A stretch of DNA of 64,000 nucleotides from Eledone cirrhosa (lineage: Eukaryota): assembly GCA_964016885.1 (NCBI GenBank), contig OZ024741.1, positions 94,674,001 through 94,738,000 on the forward strand. The letters run 5' to 3'. Below are positions 13,870 through 24,789 of this stretch, piece by piece. Every line of letters begins with the position of its first letter. Position 1 is the stretch's first letter. Under the pieces are notes generated by a model. That model saw nothing but the letters and a program-made list of their open reading frames with translations. It did not search any database and had not been told where the DNA came from. The translations under genes were made by a program, and so were the position numbers.

Positions 13870-14975
13870 CACTTAGATTGTATCATACTGACAGACAGGC
13901 AAGTACAAAGCTGGTAATAGACCATGGCCAGTTGTGATGTGCAGGCCTCCTTTAAATTTGTAACAGGCCCAGACCAGATGTAAAATATTCATGTTGATGA
14001 TATAATTAGCAACAACGGTATTTGACCATATTTGTTTTTTCTCAGAATCTATACAACTCTTGCTTTCCTTGTGCATCACATGACCATACCAGCACAATTA
14101 TCTCTCTTGCAAGCTACATTCAATTCCCCGTATGCTCAGCTGTTTTCACAGCCCACTTGTGCTCTGCTATTCCCATACACTAACATTACACATCCAGCAA
14201 AGACTGCATGCTTCATTTCTTTTAAACTGCTGCAGATCTCCTATACTTGTGTCTTTCTGCCAAGCAGCATAGTAGTTCAAACACAAGCATCATACAATCT
14301 ACCCTTCACTGTTGCCAGCAGAGGTAAAAACTACCTAAACCTTTGCCACTTTGTTCTCACTCTAGCTACAACCACCTTCATTGCTAATGAAGTCCCCTAG
14401 ATAGCAAAAGTTATTCACTTCTAGTGCGCCTTCTAAACATTTAAAAGAGTTCATTTCCTGAGTATCTTTACTGTTGATTACTTCTGTGCACTTGTCAAAT
14501 ATTACATTGTCCTTCTCTGTCGGCTTAGCTGTGACCCTGCTACATCTCATGCATCCACTGCCATACTGGATACACTGTATGGAGTTTCTACCTATCTCTT
14601 TTTGACATATTGAGTATGACCATTTACCTGACAGAATCAGAGTCCTATCCTCTTTCCTACTTACTAAAACTTTAGTCTCTACTTGGTTTACTTTGATTCC
14701 AAATTTTGTTTCCATGCCTGGAATTTCTGCTCTAGTTCTTTTACAGTTTCTGCTATGCAGGCTAGATCATCAGTATACAGGCTTTCCCATGAACATCCAA
14801 TTTTTAATTCCTCTGTTATGACCAAGAGAACTAATGAACTAATAACAGGAGAGACTAAGAATTGTTCCTGATATCAGCACACAAATTGCTGTACTCATTG
14901 TTAATCCTCACTTTGCTGACTGCACCCCTGTACATGATTTGTACAGTTCTCAAAAGCTATTCATCTATCCCTTGC
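13870..14975 (-). pseudogene. Degraded RTE-clade LINE ORF2 fragment (RT, PHD-like insert, C-terminal part)
   Basis: Peptides ETKVLV...GKWSYSICQKEIGRNSIQCIQ, FCYLGD and WYGHVM; frameshifted. Boundaries approximate. Confidence 0.8.
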
Positions 14976-15086
14976 AATTTTTTTGTCTACTTTTTAACAC
15001 AATTGCATTTTTAAATTTCATGGCACTTTTTAAGAAATTGATTTAGCAACCCTGGAGCACTCTACAAACAAAATATTGCAACAAAC

Positions 15087-15595
15087 CTTTTCACTACTAT
15101 CGGAGCAAGAAATCGGTTAGCATCTTCTTCGTAACTCCAAGAACGGGACCAAAACAGCCTTTTAGTCACGCACACAGCTATCTGATTTATGCTCTCTTTC
15201 TCAGGGTAAAATCTGTGGACATCAACATAACATGGGTTCCGACCTCCTGCACCACCAGAGGAAATGGCTTCAATACTAAAATCGCCATCAAAATTCACAT
15301 ATGTGGCCCCCTCCACAGGAAGAGACAATCTAGTTATAGGACGTCCTGACACTAAATTTAGCACTTCTATACCAAATTGGTTGTAGATGATCACAGCATT
15401 GGGGTCTGGGACATGGTCACTGGGATTGTGTGGACGTTGACCTCCATGGGCATAGCCAGCTAAATGTTCAGATTCAAGGGCACTTCGAATAGGATGTGGC
15501 CGGTTCTCAGTTTGCTCCTTGCTTTCATCATCAAGTTGTTTTTCCATCCGTGCAGCAACAAACTTGGTATCTCGGATGTTGCTCCAAGAATGAGG
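15087..15595 (-). CDS. NERD1-like gene coding exon 5 (PHSWSNIRDTK...PNAVIIYNQFGIEVLNLVSGR...NFDGDFSIE...LAPIVVK)
   Basis: Acceptor tatttcAG, donor AG|GTTTGT; 509 nt, phase 0->2. Overlaps ORF 15062..15547. Confidence 0.9.
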
Positions 15596-15697
15596 CTGAA
15601 ATAGTTAACAGAAATTAGTTGAGAATGACATTTATTTCATATCTATATATGTGTATACATATATATATATATATATATATACAAATACATACATGTA

Positions 15698-17011
15698 CGA
15701 GGGGGGATCAAAAGGTTTGCGGAATTTTATCATAGCAAGAAAAATATCAGGTTAAAACAATATTAAACATGTCAGAACATTGTCACTGGGTGTTTACCTT
15801 GCTATTAGTCACTTGCAATCAGTTATGCGCGGACTATTGTACAGTACTGACACTCTTTAAAAAACCTCTTTTTGGAACAATGGAAAATAGTTATTTTGAG
15901 ATAAGATCGAATATCAAGTTTCTGGTGAAACTCAAATGGAAAGGGACACAGATTATGGAGGCTTTAGTTAAAGTTTACGGTACTACTGCTCCAAAGAAAA
16001 CTGCTGTCTACAAATGGATTCAGCAATTCAAACAAGGGAGAGACGACCTTGAAGACGACCATCGCAGTGGAAGACCAGGAACATCAAAAAATGACCAAAA
16101 CGTTGAGGCTGCTCAGACTTTAATTGAAGAAGATCGAAGAATAACAGTTAATCAGTTAGCTAAGCCCCTAGACATTTCATATGGTTCGGCAAATTCAATT
16201 CTGCACGATAATTTTGGACTAAGCAAGCTTTCAGCGCGATGGGCCCCAAAAGCGTTGCGTCCTGATCAGCTGATTCTTCGAAGTGATCTGTCTTTGGCGA
16301 TATTAAACAAAATTGAAGTTGATGAAGAGCATTTCCTGACCAGAATAATCACCGGAGATGAAACCCGGATCTACCAGTATGATCCTGAATCCAAACAGCA
16401 GTCAAAACAGTGGCTTCCACGTGGATCATCGGGGACAATCAAGTTTAAATCTCAAAAGTCAGATCAAAAAGTGATGGCCACCATTTTCTGGGATTCAGAT
16501 GGGGTGATACTAATAGATTATTTTGAAGGTCAAAGAACTGTGACAGGAACTTACTATGCAAATGTTTTAAGGAAGCTGAAAGGGGCATTAGTCAAGAAAC
16601 GAAAAGAGAAACTTCATGGTGGGATCTTGTTTCACCATGACAATGCACCAGCGCATTCTGCGCGGGTTGCAAAAGAAGTTCTTCGAGAATTTCGATGGGA
16701 AGTGCTTCCTCACCCGCCTTATAGTCCAGATTTAGCCCCATCAGACTTTTTCCTCTTTCCAAAACTCAAAGAAATGCTAAAAGGAACCCGTTTTAGTGGT
16801 GTTGAAGAAGCTAAAAACACTACCAACACATGGCTTCAAACAAGGCCTTCAACTTTCTTTAGAGACGACTTACGAAGCTGTAAGCATCACCTTGTGAAGT
16901 GTATTGACCTGGATGGCAACTATGTAGAAAAATAAATTGAAGGTAAATCATATTTTTTGAAAAATAGATTATTTTCTGAAAAATTCCGCGAACTTTTTGA
17001 TCCCCTCCTCG
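15698..17011 (+). mobile_element. Full-length mariner DNA transposon (DD34D, irritans/Hsmar2-like), 1314 bp
   Basis: TA TSD at 15696-97 and 17012-13. About 31-bp TIRs, CGAGGGGGGATCAAAAGGTTTGCGGAATTTT versus CGAGGAGGGGATCAAAAAGTTCGCGGAATTTT (1 indel, 2 mismatches). Confidence 0.95.
15880..16935 (+). CDS. Mariner transposase, 351 aa from the likely start MENSYF
   Basis: Uninterrupted ORF with an HTH region, WAPKAL (WVPHEL-like), TGDET, HHDNA and YSPDLAPSD; 34 residues between the 2nd and 3rd catalytic D. Confidence 0.9.
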   Translation: MENSYFEIRSNIKFLVKLKWKGTQIMEALVKVYGTTAPKKTAVYKWIQQFKQGRDDLEDDHRSGRPGTSKNDQNVEAAQTLIEEDRRITVNQLAKPLDISYGSANSILHDNFGLSKLSARWAPKALRPDQLILRSDLSLAILNKIEVDEEHFLTRIITGDETRIYQYDPESKQQSKQWLPRGSSGTIKFKSQKSDQKVMATIFWDSDGVILIDYFEGQRTVTGTYYANVLRKLKGALVKKRKEKLHGGILFHHDNAPAHSARVAKEVLREFRWEVLPHPPYSPDLAPSDFFLFPKLKEMLKGTRFSGVEEAKNTTNTWLQTRPSTFFRDDLRSCKHHLVKCIDLDGNYVEK

Positions 17012-17744
17012 TATATATATATCATCATCATCATTTCATTTAACGTCCACTTTTGATACAAATTATGATACAAGACAAGGCTATCTTATCAGGTGTCATC
17101 TGCAAAATTATGTAACAGGATTACATTGAACCAAATGGAAGATAAGATAAATAGAAAATAAAACATTCGATTCGGGGACAGCCTGCTAATATGGTGTTAT
17201 ATCCATAACAGATGGTCCCTGAATGACACTTGATGCCAGCTTTGTGGGCTGGTAGGGGTGGTGGAGAGGGTAGGAATGGCCAAGTGGCAACAAAAATACA
17301 TCCGTCTTAGAGAATGCCATGATATTTAAAGGGGAGCAGAGCTATGTAAAATTTAGAGATAGAAAAAAATGATAATAATATTTGCCTAGAAAAGAATAAG
17401 GGTTTTAACAAGATACAAACAATTATAAGGTTATAAGGTTGCATGTATAATAAGGTTGTAAGGTTGCATGAATAATTAGAATTATAAGATTAAGGAATTT
17501 TCAAAAACAATAAAGTTTACTAGAACTTACAAACACTATGTACTAAATTATGTTTAGTAAGGCCGTTATTAATTTTTTTTATTTTTAATGGCCAGGATTT
17601 ATGAAAGTACACTATAGGAAGAATAAAAAAAAAAAAAAACATCATAATAAATAATAATAATATTGTGAGAAATATGACTGAGAGGTCATTAATACGTGGC
17701 AGTAATGTTAAGATATATAGGATTTGACCTAGAAAGTTTCCCTC

Positions 17745-18015
17745 CAAGGCACAAGTCCAGGCAAGATTGTTTGTGGAAGACTAGCAGTTGCCCATGCATA
17801 CCAACCTCCCTTCTCCACACCACCGATGATGTCCAAGGGAAAAGCCAATAAGCTTGGCACCAGTAACGTTGCAACTCATTTCTACAGCTAAGTAAAGTGG
17901 AGCAACGTGAAAATAAATAAAGTGTCTTGCTCAAGGACACAACGCATCACCCAATCCGAGAATCGAACTTACAACCTTCCGATTGCAAGCCCAATGCTCT
18001 AACCACTAAGCCTTC
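17745..18015 (-). mobile_element. tRNA-derived SINE, CORE-like
   Basis: Box A/B-like head GGCTTAGTGGTTAG...GTTCGATTC followed by GTGTCCTTGAGCAAGACACTT. Related copies at about 39238-39540 (+) and 52155-52275 (+). Confidence 0.75.
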
Positions 18016-18324
18016 ACACACACACATATATATATATAAACAAAGAAGGTGCGGTAAGATACCAGGTGGACCATAATGCACCAGAATACTTGATACTGAG
18101 GATAGTAGAGTTGGTAATAGGAAAAGAGTCAGGACCCTGACAGCTGAACTCCAGCTGTTTCGACAGCTAGACCTGAACTCTAACTGTCGAAACAGCCAGA
18201 ACTCAGCCATCGGAGTCCTGACTTAGATGTGTTAATAATACAACTGTATAAGGCAGACAGATATTCAAAGCTTGAAATGAAATGCATGTAAATCAATTAA
18301 ATATTGGATTAAAACTTGGTTATA

Positions 18325-19290
18325 TCATCATCATCATCATCATCAACGTTTAACGTCCGTGTTCCACGCTTGCATGGGTTTGGACGGGGGTAGTCCCACT
18401 TGAGGCAAGAGTGATTGTCTTGCTCGCATAGGACTGTCTGGCAGGTTTTCTACAGTTGGATGCCCTTCCTAACACCAACCACATTTACAGTGTGGGTCTG
18501 GGAGGTTTTTACCGTGTTGCCTACACGGCCACATTACAGCGTGGACTGTGTGTTTTTTTGTCGTGACACCTACACGATCTCATTTGTTTCGGCCTGGATG
18601 GCGCGGCACCAACATAACTTTACATAGAACGGGGTCTGGGAGGTTTTTACCGTGTTGCCTACACGGCCACATTACAGCGTGGACTGTGTGTTTTTTTGTC
18701 GTGACACCTACACGATCTCATTTGTTTCGGCCTGGATGGCACGGCACCAACATAACTTTACATAGAACGGGGTGGTGTGGATGGGGTGGGGGGTGGGACG
18801 GGGTGTATTTTGTTAGAGATGCCTACTGGCTGGAGTAGGTTTTACTATATATTTAGGTAAGGCGGGTCTTCTCTGTTACTGAGTACCGCCAAAGGTCTCG
18901 GTCCAGTGACATTGTCTTGGAGAGGTGTAAGTGTGTGAGGTCGGAGTTTATCAGCTCGTCCCAGGTTTTTCTAGGTCTGCCTATTCCGTGGCTACCATCT
19001 ATCTTTATTGCCCTGCACTTTGTTATACAGCTATCGACTTTCATGCGCATCACGTGTCCATACCAACGTAGCCTTCTCTCGAGTAAACAACATCTGATCC
19101 CTCTTATCTCTAATTTTTTCCTTAGTTCGTTTATGCTTTGCCGTTCACGTATATTACTGTTACACATCCAGCGGAGCATGCAAGCTTCGTTCCTCTCTAG
19201 TCTGCGTATATCCTCTGCACACAATGCCCAGGTCTCACTGCCATGCAACATTGCTGTTCGTATGCAGGCATCGTACAACCTGCCTTTCAT
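18325..19290 (-). mobile_element. 5'-truncated RTE LINE: ORF2 C-terminus, 3' UTR with a 138-bp tandem duplication, and (ATG)n tail
   Basis: ORF 18853..19290 with MLHGSETW, RRLRWYGHV and GRPRKTW. Tail reads CCCATGCAAGCGTGGAACACGGACGTTAAAC-(GAT)n on the minus strand. Duplication starts at 18494 and 18632. Confidence 0.88.
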
Positions 19291-19322
19291 TTTTATTTAT
19301 TCATTATATATATCATAATCGG

Positions 19323-20883
19323 CAACCACATTTATAGTGTGGACTGGGTACTTTTTGTCATGACTCCTACACAACCACATTTACAGTGTGGGCTGGGTAC
19401 TTTTTGTCATGACTCCTACACAACCACATTTACAGTGTGGACTGGGTACTTTTTGTCATGACTCCTACACAACCACATTTACAGTGTGGACTGGGTACTT
19501 TTTGTCATGACTCCTACACAACCACATTTATAGTGTGGGCTGGGTACTTTTTGTCATGACTCCTACACAACCACATTTACAGTGTGGACTGGGTACTTTT
19601 TGTCATGACTCCTACACAACCACATTTACAGTGTGGACTGGGTACTTTTTGTCATGACTCCTACACAACCACATTTACAGTGTGGGCTAGGTGCTTTTTG
19701 TCGTGACTCCTACACAACCACATTTATAGTGTGGGCTGGGTACTTTTTGTCATGACTCCTACACAACCACATTTATAGTGTGGACTGGGTACTTTTTGTC
19801 ATGACTCCTACACAACCACATTTATAGTGTGGGCTGGGTACTTTTGTCATGACTCCTACACAACCACATTTATAGTGTGGACTGGGTACTTTTTGTCATG
19901 ACTCCTACACAACCACATTTACAGTGTGGGCTGGGTACTTTTTGTCATGACTCCTACACAACCACATTTACAGTATGGGCTAGGTGCTTTTTGTCATGAC
20001 TCCTACATAACCACATTTACAGTGTGGGCTGGGTACTTTTTGTCATGACTCCTACACAACCACATTTACAGTATGGGCTAGGTGCTTTTTGTCATGACTC
20101 CTACACAACCACATTTACAGTGTGGGCTGGGTACTTTTTGTCATGACTCCTACACAACCACATTTACAGTATGGGCTAGGTGCTTTTTGTCATGACTCCT
20201 ACACAACCACATTTACAGTGTGGGCTGGGTACTTTTTGTCATGAATCCTACACAACCACTTTACAGTGTGGACTGGGTACTTTTTGTCGTGACTCCTACA
20301 CAACCACATTTACAGTGTGGGCTAGGTGCTTTTTGTCGTGACTCCTACACAACCACATTTACAGTGTGGACTGGGTACTTTTTGTCGTGACTCCTACACA
20401 ACCACTTTACAGTGTGGGCTGGGTGCTTTTTGTCGTGACTCCTACACAACCACTTTACAGTGTGGGCTGGGTGCTTTTTGTCGTGACTCCTACACAACCA
20501 CTTTACAGTGTGGGCTGGGTGCTTTTTGTCGTGACACCTACACAACCACTTTACATTGTAGGCTGGGTGCTTTTTATCATGACTCCTACACAACCACTTT
20601 ACAGTGTGGACTGGGTGCTTTTTGTTGTGACACCTACACAACCACTTTACAGTGTGGGCTGGGTGCTTTTTGTCGTGATTCCTACACAACCACTTTACAG
20701 AGTGGGCTGGGTGCTTTTTATCATGACTCCTACACAACCACTTTATAGTGTGGGCTGGGTACTTTTTGTTGTGACACCTACACAACCACTTTACAGTGTG
20801 GGCTGGGTGCTTTTTTTCGTGACACCTACACAACCACTTTACAGTGTGGGCTGGGTGCTTTTTGTCGTGACACCTACACAACC
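19323..20883. repeat. 49/48-bp tandem minisatellite (about 32 units) expanded inside an RTE 3' UTR
   Basis: Unit ACAACCAC(A)TTTACAGTGTGGGCTGGGT(A/G)CTTTTTGTC(A/G)TGACTCCTAC with no spacers; followed at about 20884-20985 by the reverse-complement end of RTE ORF2. Confidence 0.93.
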
Positions 20884-21539
20884 AGCCTGTCCTCAAGAAA
20901 GATGTATGGGAGGGGGTGCAGGCTATATATGTATGTATGTTTCAGCTTCAGCCCATGGGAAGGCAGGTCTTCTGTATTACTGCAACATAATATAAACACA
21001 TATTTTTCTATATGTAAAATATTAAACTTACATATTTGCTTAATTGCATATAAAAGACACATATATTTATATATGTGTATTTATCTACAATAGCCATATG
21101 CAATACATACACATGTATAGATAAGCAATATATCCTATAGGTATACATGAATTGCAATAAATTAAACTCATGCCACAATCTTCAGGGAATTGTGCCGGAG
21201 TAAACAGTGGTAAACATGATAAGAGAGAAATTTTGTAATATACAAAACCTGTCAACATTGAAGAGTGGATAAACTTTCTAACATCTGTTTACTGCACTGG
21301 ACTTCATTGGTGGATATCTTGATGGAATTTGTACTATATTGGGCTAACTTAGTTTCATCATAATAAACCTCCAGCTCATGTAAACAGAATAAGTCAGCAT
21401 ACATGCATAAATGTGTATATGTGTATATGTGTATGTATGCATATGTATGTGTGTGTATGTATGTATATATGTATGTATGTATATATGTAGGAAATGGTAT
21501 CTTGATGGAATATGTGCTAGCTATATTTGGCTAGTATCG

Positions 21540-21810
21540 AGTCCATGATCATGAAACAGGATCTCTGTTGGTCAGGTCACATAGTACACCAAGAGTACAG
21601 TAGGCTCTCACAACAAACATTTCTGTAGCAAGGCAAACACCTGCAGTGCAAGCCACACAAGGGCTTTAAAAACTGTTTGAAAGATGCTCTGAAGAAGATC
21701 AATGCTAACACCATAATATGGGAAAATCTTGCAACAGATAGAGCCCAGTGGTGAATTCTGGTTGCTACCAATGTTAAAGAATACAAACAGAAGTGGAGAG
21801 CCTATGCTGA
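21540..21810 (+). pseudogene. Degraded RTE/BovB-like LINE 3' fragment
   Basis: Frameshifted peptides resembling LRWSGHIV, QGKRLQCKPHK.FK.CLKDALK and WENLATDRAQW. Confidence 0.55.
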
Positions 21811-22005
21811 AGTGAAGTGAACAGTTTTTAGGCGGGAGGTGGTCGTCAGTCATCCGTCTAATTGGTTATTTGGTTATTATTTACTGGTACATAGTCAAAC
21901 AAGGAATAAAGAACATACCTCAATTTTATGTTATAAAAACATTTTTTATATAGGAGCAATTACAGAATATATACAAATACATTAGGGCTCCTCGGTTTGG
22001 GATAT

Positions 22006-22373
22006 TGTAGCAGGAGTTGCCTCCCTTGTTGTGACACTCACATCACCAATAGAGTAACGCTCTCTAGACGGGAAGTAGCTGGAGTTGCTTCCCATTGGGG
22101 TGATAGAACCCTTTTTATCACTTCCGGCAGAACCCTATAAAACGAATAACTTTCAGCTCCCTTTCTCTCATTTGCCTTTTTGGCTCCTGGCCGTCTTCGG
22201 TCAGGCGCGTTCGCCTGGCAACCAAAACAGTAACTAATAACTTTGCTTCATTCTTTCATCTATTCATTGACATGTCAACTATACTGTTCTATATATCCAC
22301 AAATTGTTAATTAAATATTATACACACAAACCACGTCTCTTGTTATATTCATACACACCAGTATTTTGTTATA
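22006..22373 (+). repeat. LTR-A (368 bp, complete)
   Basis: TGTAGCA...TGTTATA, followed by AG and a PBS. Confidence 0.88.
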
Positions 22374-22375
22374 AG

Positions 22376-22387
22376 TGGTGACCCCGA
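22376..22387 (+). promoter_or_regulatory. Primer-binding site TGGTGACCCCGA
   Basis: TGG-initial motif 2 nt after the LTR end, typical of Gypsy-type PBSs; primer tRNA not identified. Confidence 0.75.
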
Positions 22388-23688
22388 AAAAAGAAAAAAA
22401 ATAGCAGAATCTGGTGTTGTGTGAGTAACATTACGAATACGCAGCAAATTTTATTGATAAACTATGAAAATACGCAGTCAAAGAAACGAACACACGCACA
22501 TGTGAAATTCTCGTTCAGACAGACTCTTTTTCTCTCACGCATCAACTAACTGTCGCATTTCACTGTATATATATATATATATATGTTTTTCATTTCTTTC
22601 TTACAACGAACACTTTAAAAACAAACAAAAAAAAAAAGAAATTTGATTTTTTTTTTAAACATTTCAACATGAACTTTTATTTTCGATGAATCTCAACTAT
22701 TGTTTTTTTTCATTGTTTTCTTCATCGTTCAAGTTTTTTTTAAAGTTCACAAAAAAAAAAAAAATTGAACTCGCCATATTTGTTATACTAAGTGAAGCCT
22801 TTCTTTCTTTTTCATCATTGTCACTTTCACACACACATTTTTTCAAAATGGCTGCCAACGACCTGTTGCACTATCATTTTCGCGCCATTTTCTCGCGCAT
22901 TAGAAATATTTTTTTTTTCAACTTAACCTTGTTTTGGCACGTGTAGGCAGCAGAATTCTCGACTCACGGAGATGGCCGCACGCCAGAGATAACGTTTCTC
23001 GCCAAGGATTCTCCAGCCTTAAGCTATATTCTCCTATTTGCCGGTTTAAAAAATTTACTACGTAAATTTGCCGTTGAAAACTGCGCATTTATTCAGAATG
23101 CTTATTTCTTTGGTCGCTGGCCTCTTGACCCTTCCAGTTCAATGCATTCTCAACATCGACCATCAACTTCGGCTGTTATTTCTAGCACTTTGCGCAACTC
23201 ATTTTTTCTGAAAAAATTTTTACTGTGAATTTAAACATCGAATACGCTCACTCCGCGAGACAACAACATCAACAGCAACACAGCTTCATCAACAACCAAA
23301 ACCAGCAGAACAAGCCAGAGAATTTATTTTTGCAGCACTCTTCCTGTGAGAAAATCCATTCGGAGGTTGGAAATTTCACGTTATACCACAGAACAGAAAC
23401 CACCTGCATTCATTCTCTGGAACACACTTTCTTTCCTGCTGTCATGTGATTGCACACCTGTGAACTGTATGTTGAACATTTGAACTTTGAGCTCTTCTCT
23501 TACTTTGATTGCATTGTATCTTTGGGTGATGGATAAATAGATGTCCAGTCGTTCTCTGGCCAAGAGCGGTTGGCTACCTTGATATCTATCATTGATTATT
23601 GCAAACATTAGTTTTTTCGTAATTTTCATGCCTGTTACAACATTCTCGCCAATTACTACATACATATTTCATTCGATTTTTATATTTT

Positions 23689-23705
23689 AAAAATCTGGTG
23701 GGAGG
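23689..23705 (+). promoter_or_regulatory. Polypurine tract region AAAAATCTGGTGGGAGG
   Basis: Lies 3 nt before LTR-B and is identical to the outer element's PPT. Confidence 0.8.
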
Positions 23706-23708
23706 TAA

Positions 23709-23907
23709 TGTAGCAGGAGTTGCCTCCCTTGTTGTGACACTCACATCACCAATAGAGTAACGCTCTCTAGACGGGAAGTAGCTGGAGTTGCTTCCTGTTG
23801 GGGTGATAGAACCCTTTTTATCACTTCTGGCAGAACCCTATAAAACGAATAACTTTCAGCTTCCTTTCTCTAATTTGCCTTTTCGGCTCCTGGCCTTCGG
23901 CCAGCCG
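23709..23907 (+). repeat. LTR-B (5' ~200 bp only)
   Basis: Near-identical to 22006-22207, then breaks off. Confidence 0.88.
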
Positions 23908-23912
23908 TGATA

Positions 23913-24257
23913 AATATAACAAGGAGACGTGGTTTGTGTGTATAATATTTAATTAACAATTTGTGGATATATAGAACAGTATAGTTGACATGTCAATGAA
24001 TAGATGAAAGAATGAAGCAAAGTTATTAGTTACTGTTTTGGTTGCCAGGCGAACGCGCCTGACCGAAGACAGCCAGGAGCCAAAAAGGCAAATGAGAGAA
24101 AGGGAGCTGAAAGTTATTCGTTTTATAGGGTTCTGCCGGAAGTGATAAAAAGGGTTCTATCACCCCAACGGGAAGCAACTCCAGCTATTTCCCGTCTAGA
24201 GAGCGTTACTCTATTGGTGATGTGAGTGTCACAACAAGAGAGGCAACTCCTGCTACA
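23913..24257 (-). repeat. LTR-C (inverted, lacks only the last ~25 bp)
   Basis: Reverse complement of about 22006-22349 with few substitutions. Confidence 0.9.
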
Positions 24258-24789
24258 ATATATTTAAGTCGTCATATACTGCCGCATGATGTGAGGTCAT
24301 CCTTTGGATCACTGCTGGTGATTATAGCACTTCTATTGGGTCCAAGCTCTCATTGTCCAAGTATTTTTCAGCTACTGACGTCAGAATGTGACGTCAGAAC
24401 TAAGGGCAGTTAATCGACTGTTTTCACTGTCGACCCTAGCTGGCGTGATCTTCTACATGGCCTCCCACCAGATTTTTAGAAAATTAAATAAAAATCGGTT
24501 CATCAAATCATGTATGTAGAAAAACCGATTAGCAACCAGCAAAAATCCCAAACCAAGGAACAATCAGCCCAACCGAGCATGAAGGGCACAACAAATTTCA
24601 AAAATACATATTAAAAAAGCATGCAAGAACGTGAAAGGAAAAAAAAAGAAACAAATGTAATAAAATGTAAATACAATTTCCTAAAAGTTCCAAAAGTCAC
24701 TACAGGATTAAAGCACCGCACAATAGCAGTTTAAAAATATACCGTGCTACACAGTTTTTTTGGCCAATGAACCCTCCGACCGGAACAGG

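Larger units (their letters stand above)
22006..24257 (+). mobile_element. Nested non-autonomous LTR element with an inverted terminal LTR (LTR-A > PBS, 1.3-kb non-coding internal region, PPT, partial LTR-B >, < LTR-C)
   Basis: Starts TGTAGCAGG at 22006 and ends CCTGCTACA at 24257; ATAT flanks both sides (22002-05 and 24258-61). Confidence 0.85.

Noticed and set aside
15769-15879. 37-aa N-terminal extension of the transposase, or a domesticated fusion
   Set aside because: The upstream ATG lies inside the element's own 5' region; the usual mariner length fits the 15880 start, and no fused host exon is evident.
17960-18015. tRNA gene candidates at SINE heads (also 39240, 52155)
   Set aside because: A/B boxes are present but no full cloverleaf, and each continues into SINE body sequence.
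19323-20883. CRISPR-like regular array and its repetitive ORFs
   Set aside because: No unique spacers, no cas genes and a eukaryotic context; it is a simple tandem repeat.
22006-24257. DIRS-type tyrosine-recombinase element, suggested by the inverted termini
   Set aside because: It has TG termini, a PBS, a PPT and a TSD typical of integrase-type LTR elements, and no recombinase or RT ORF.
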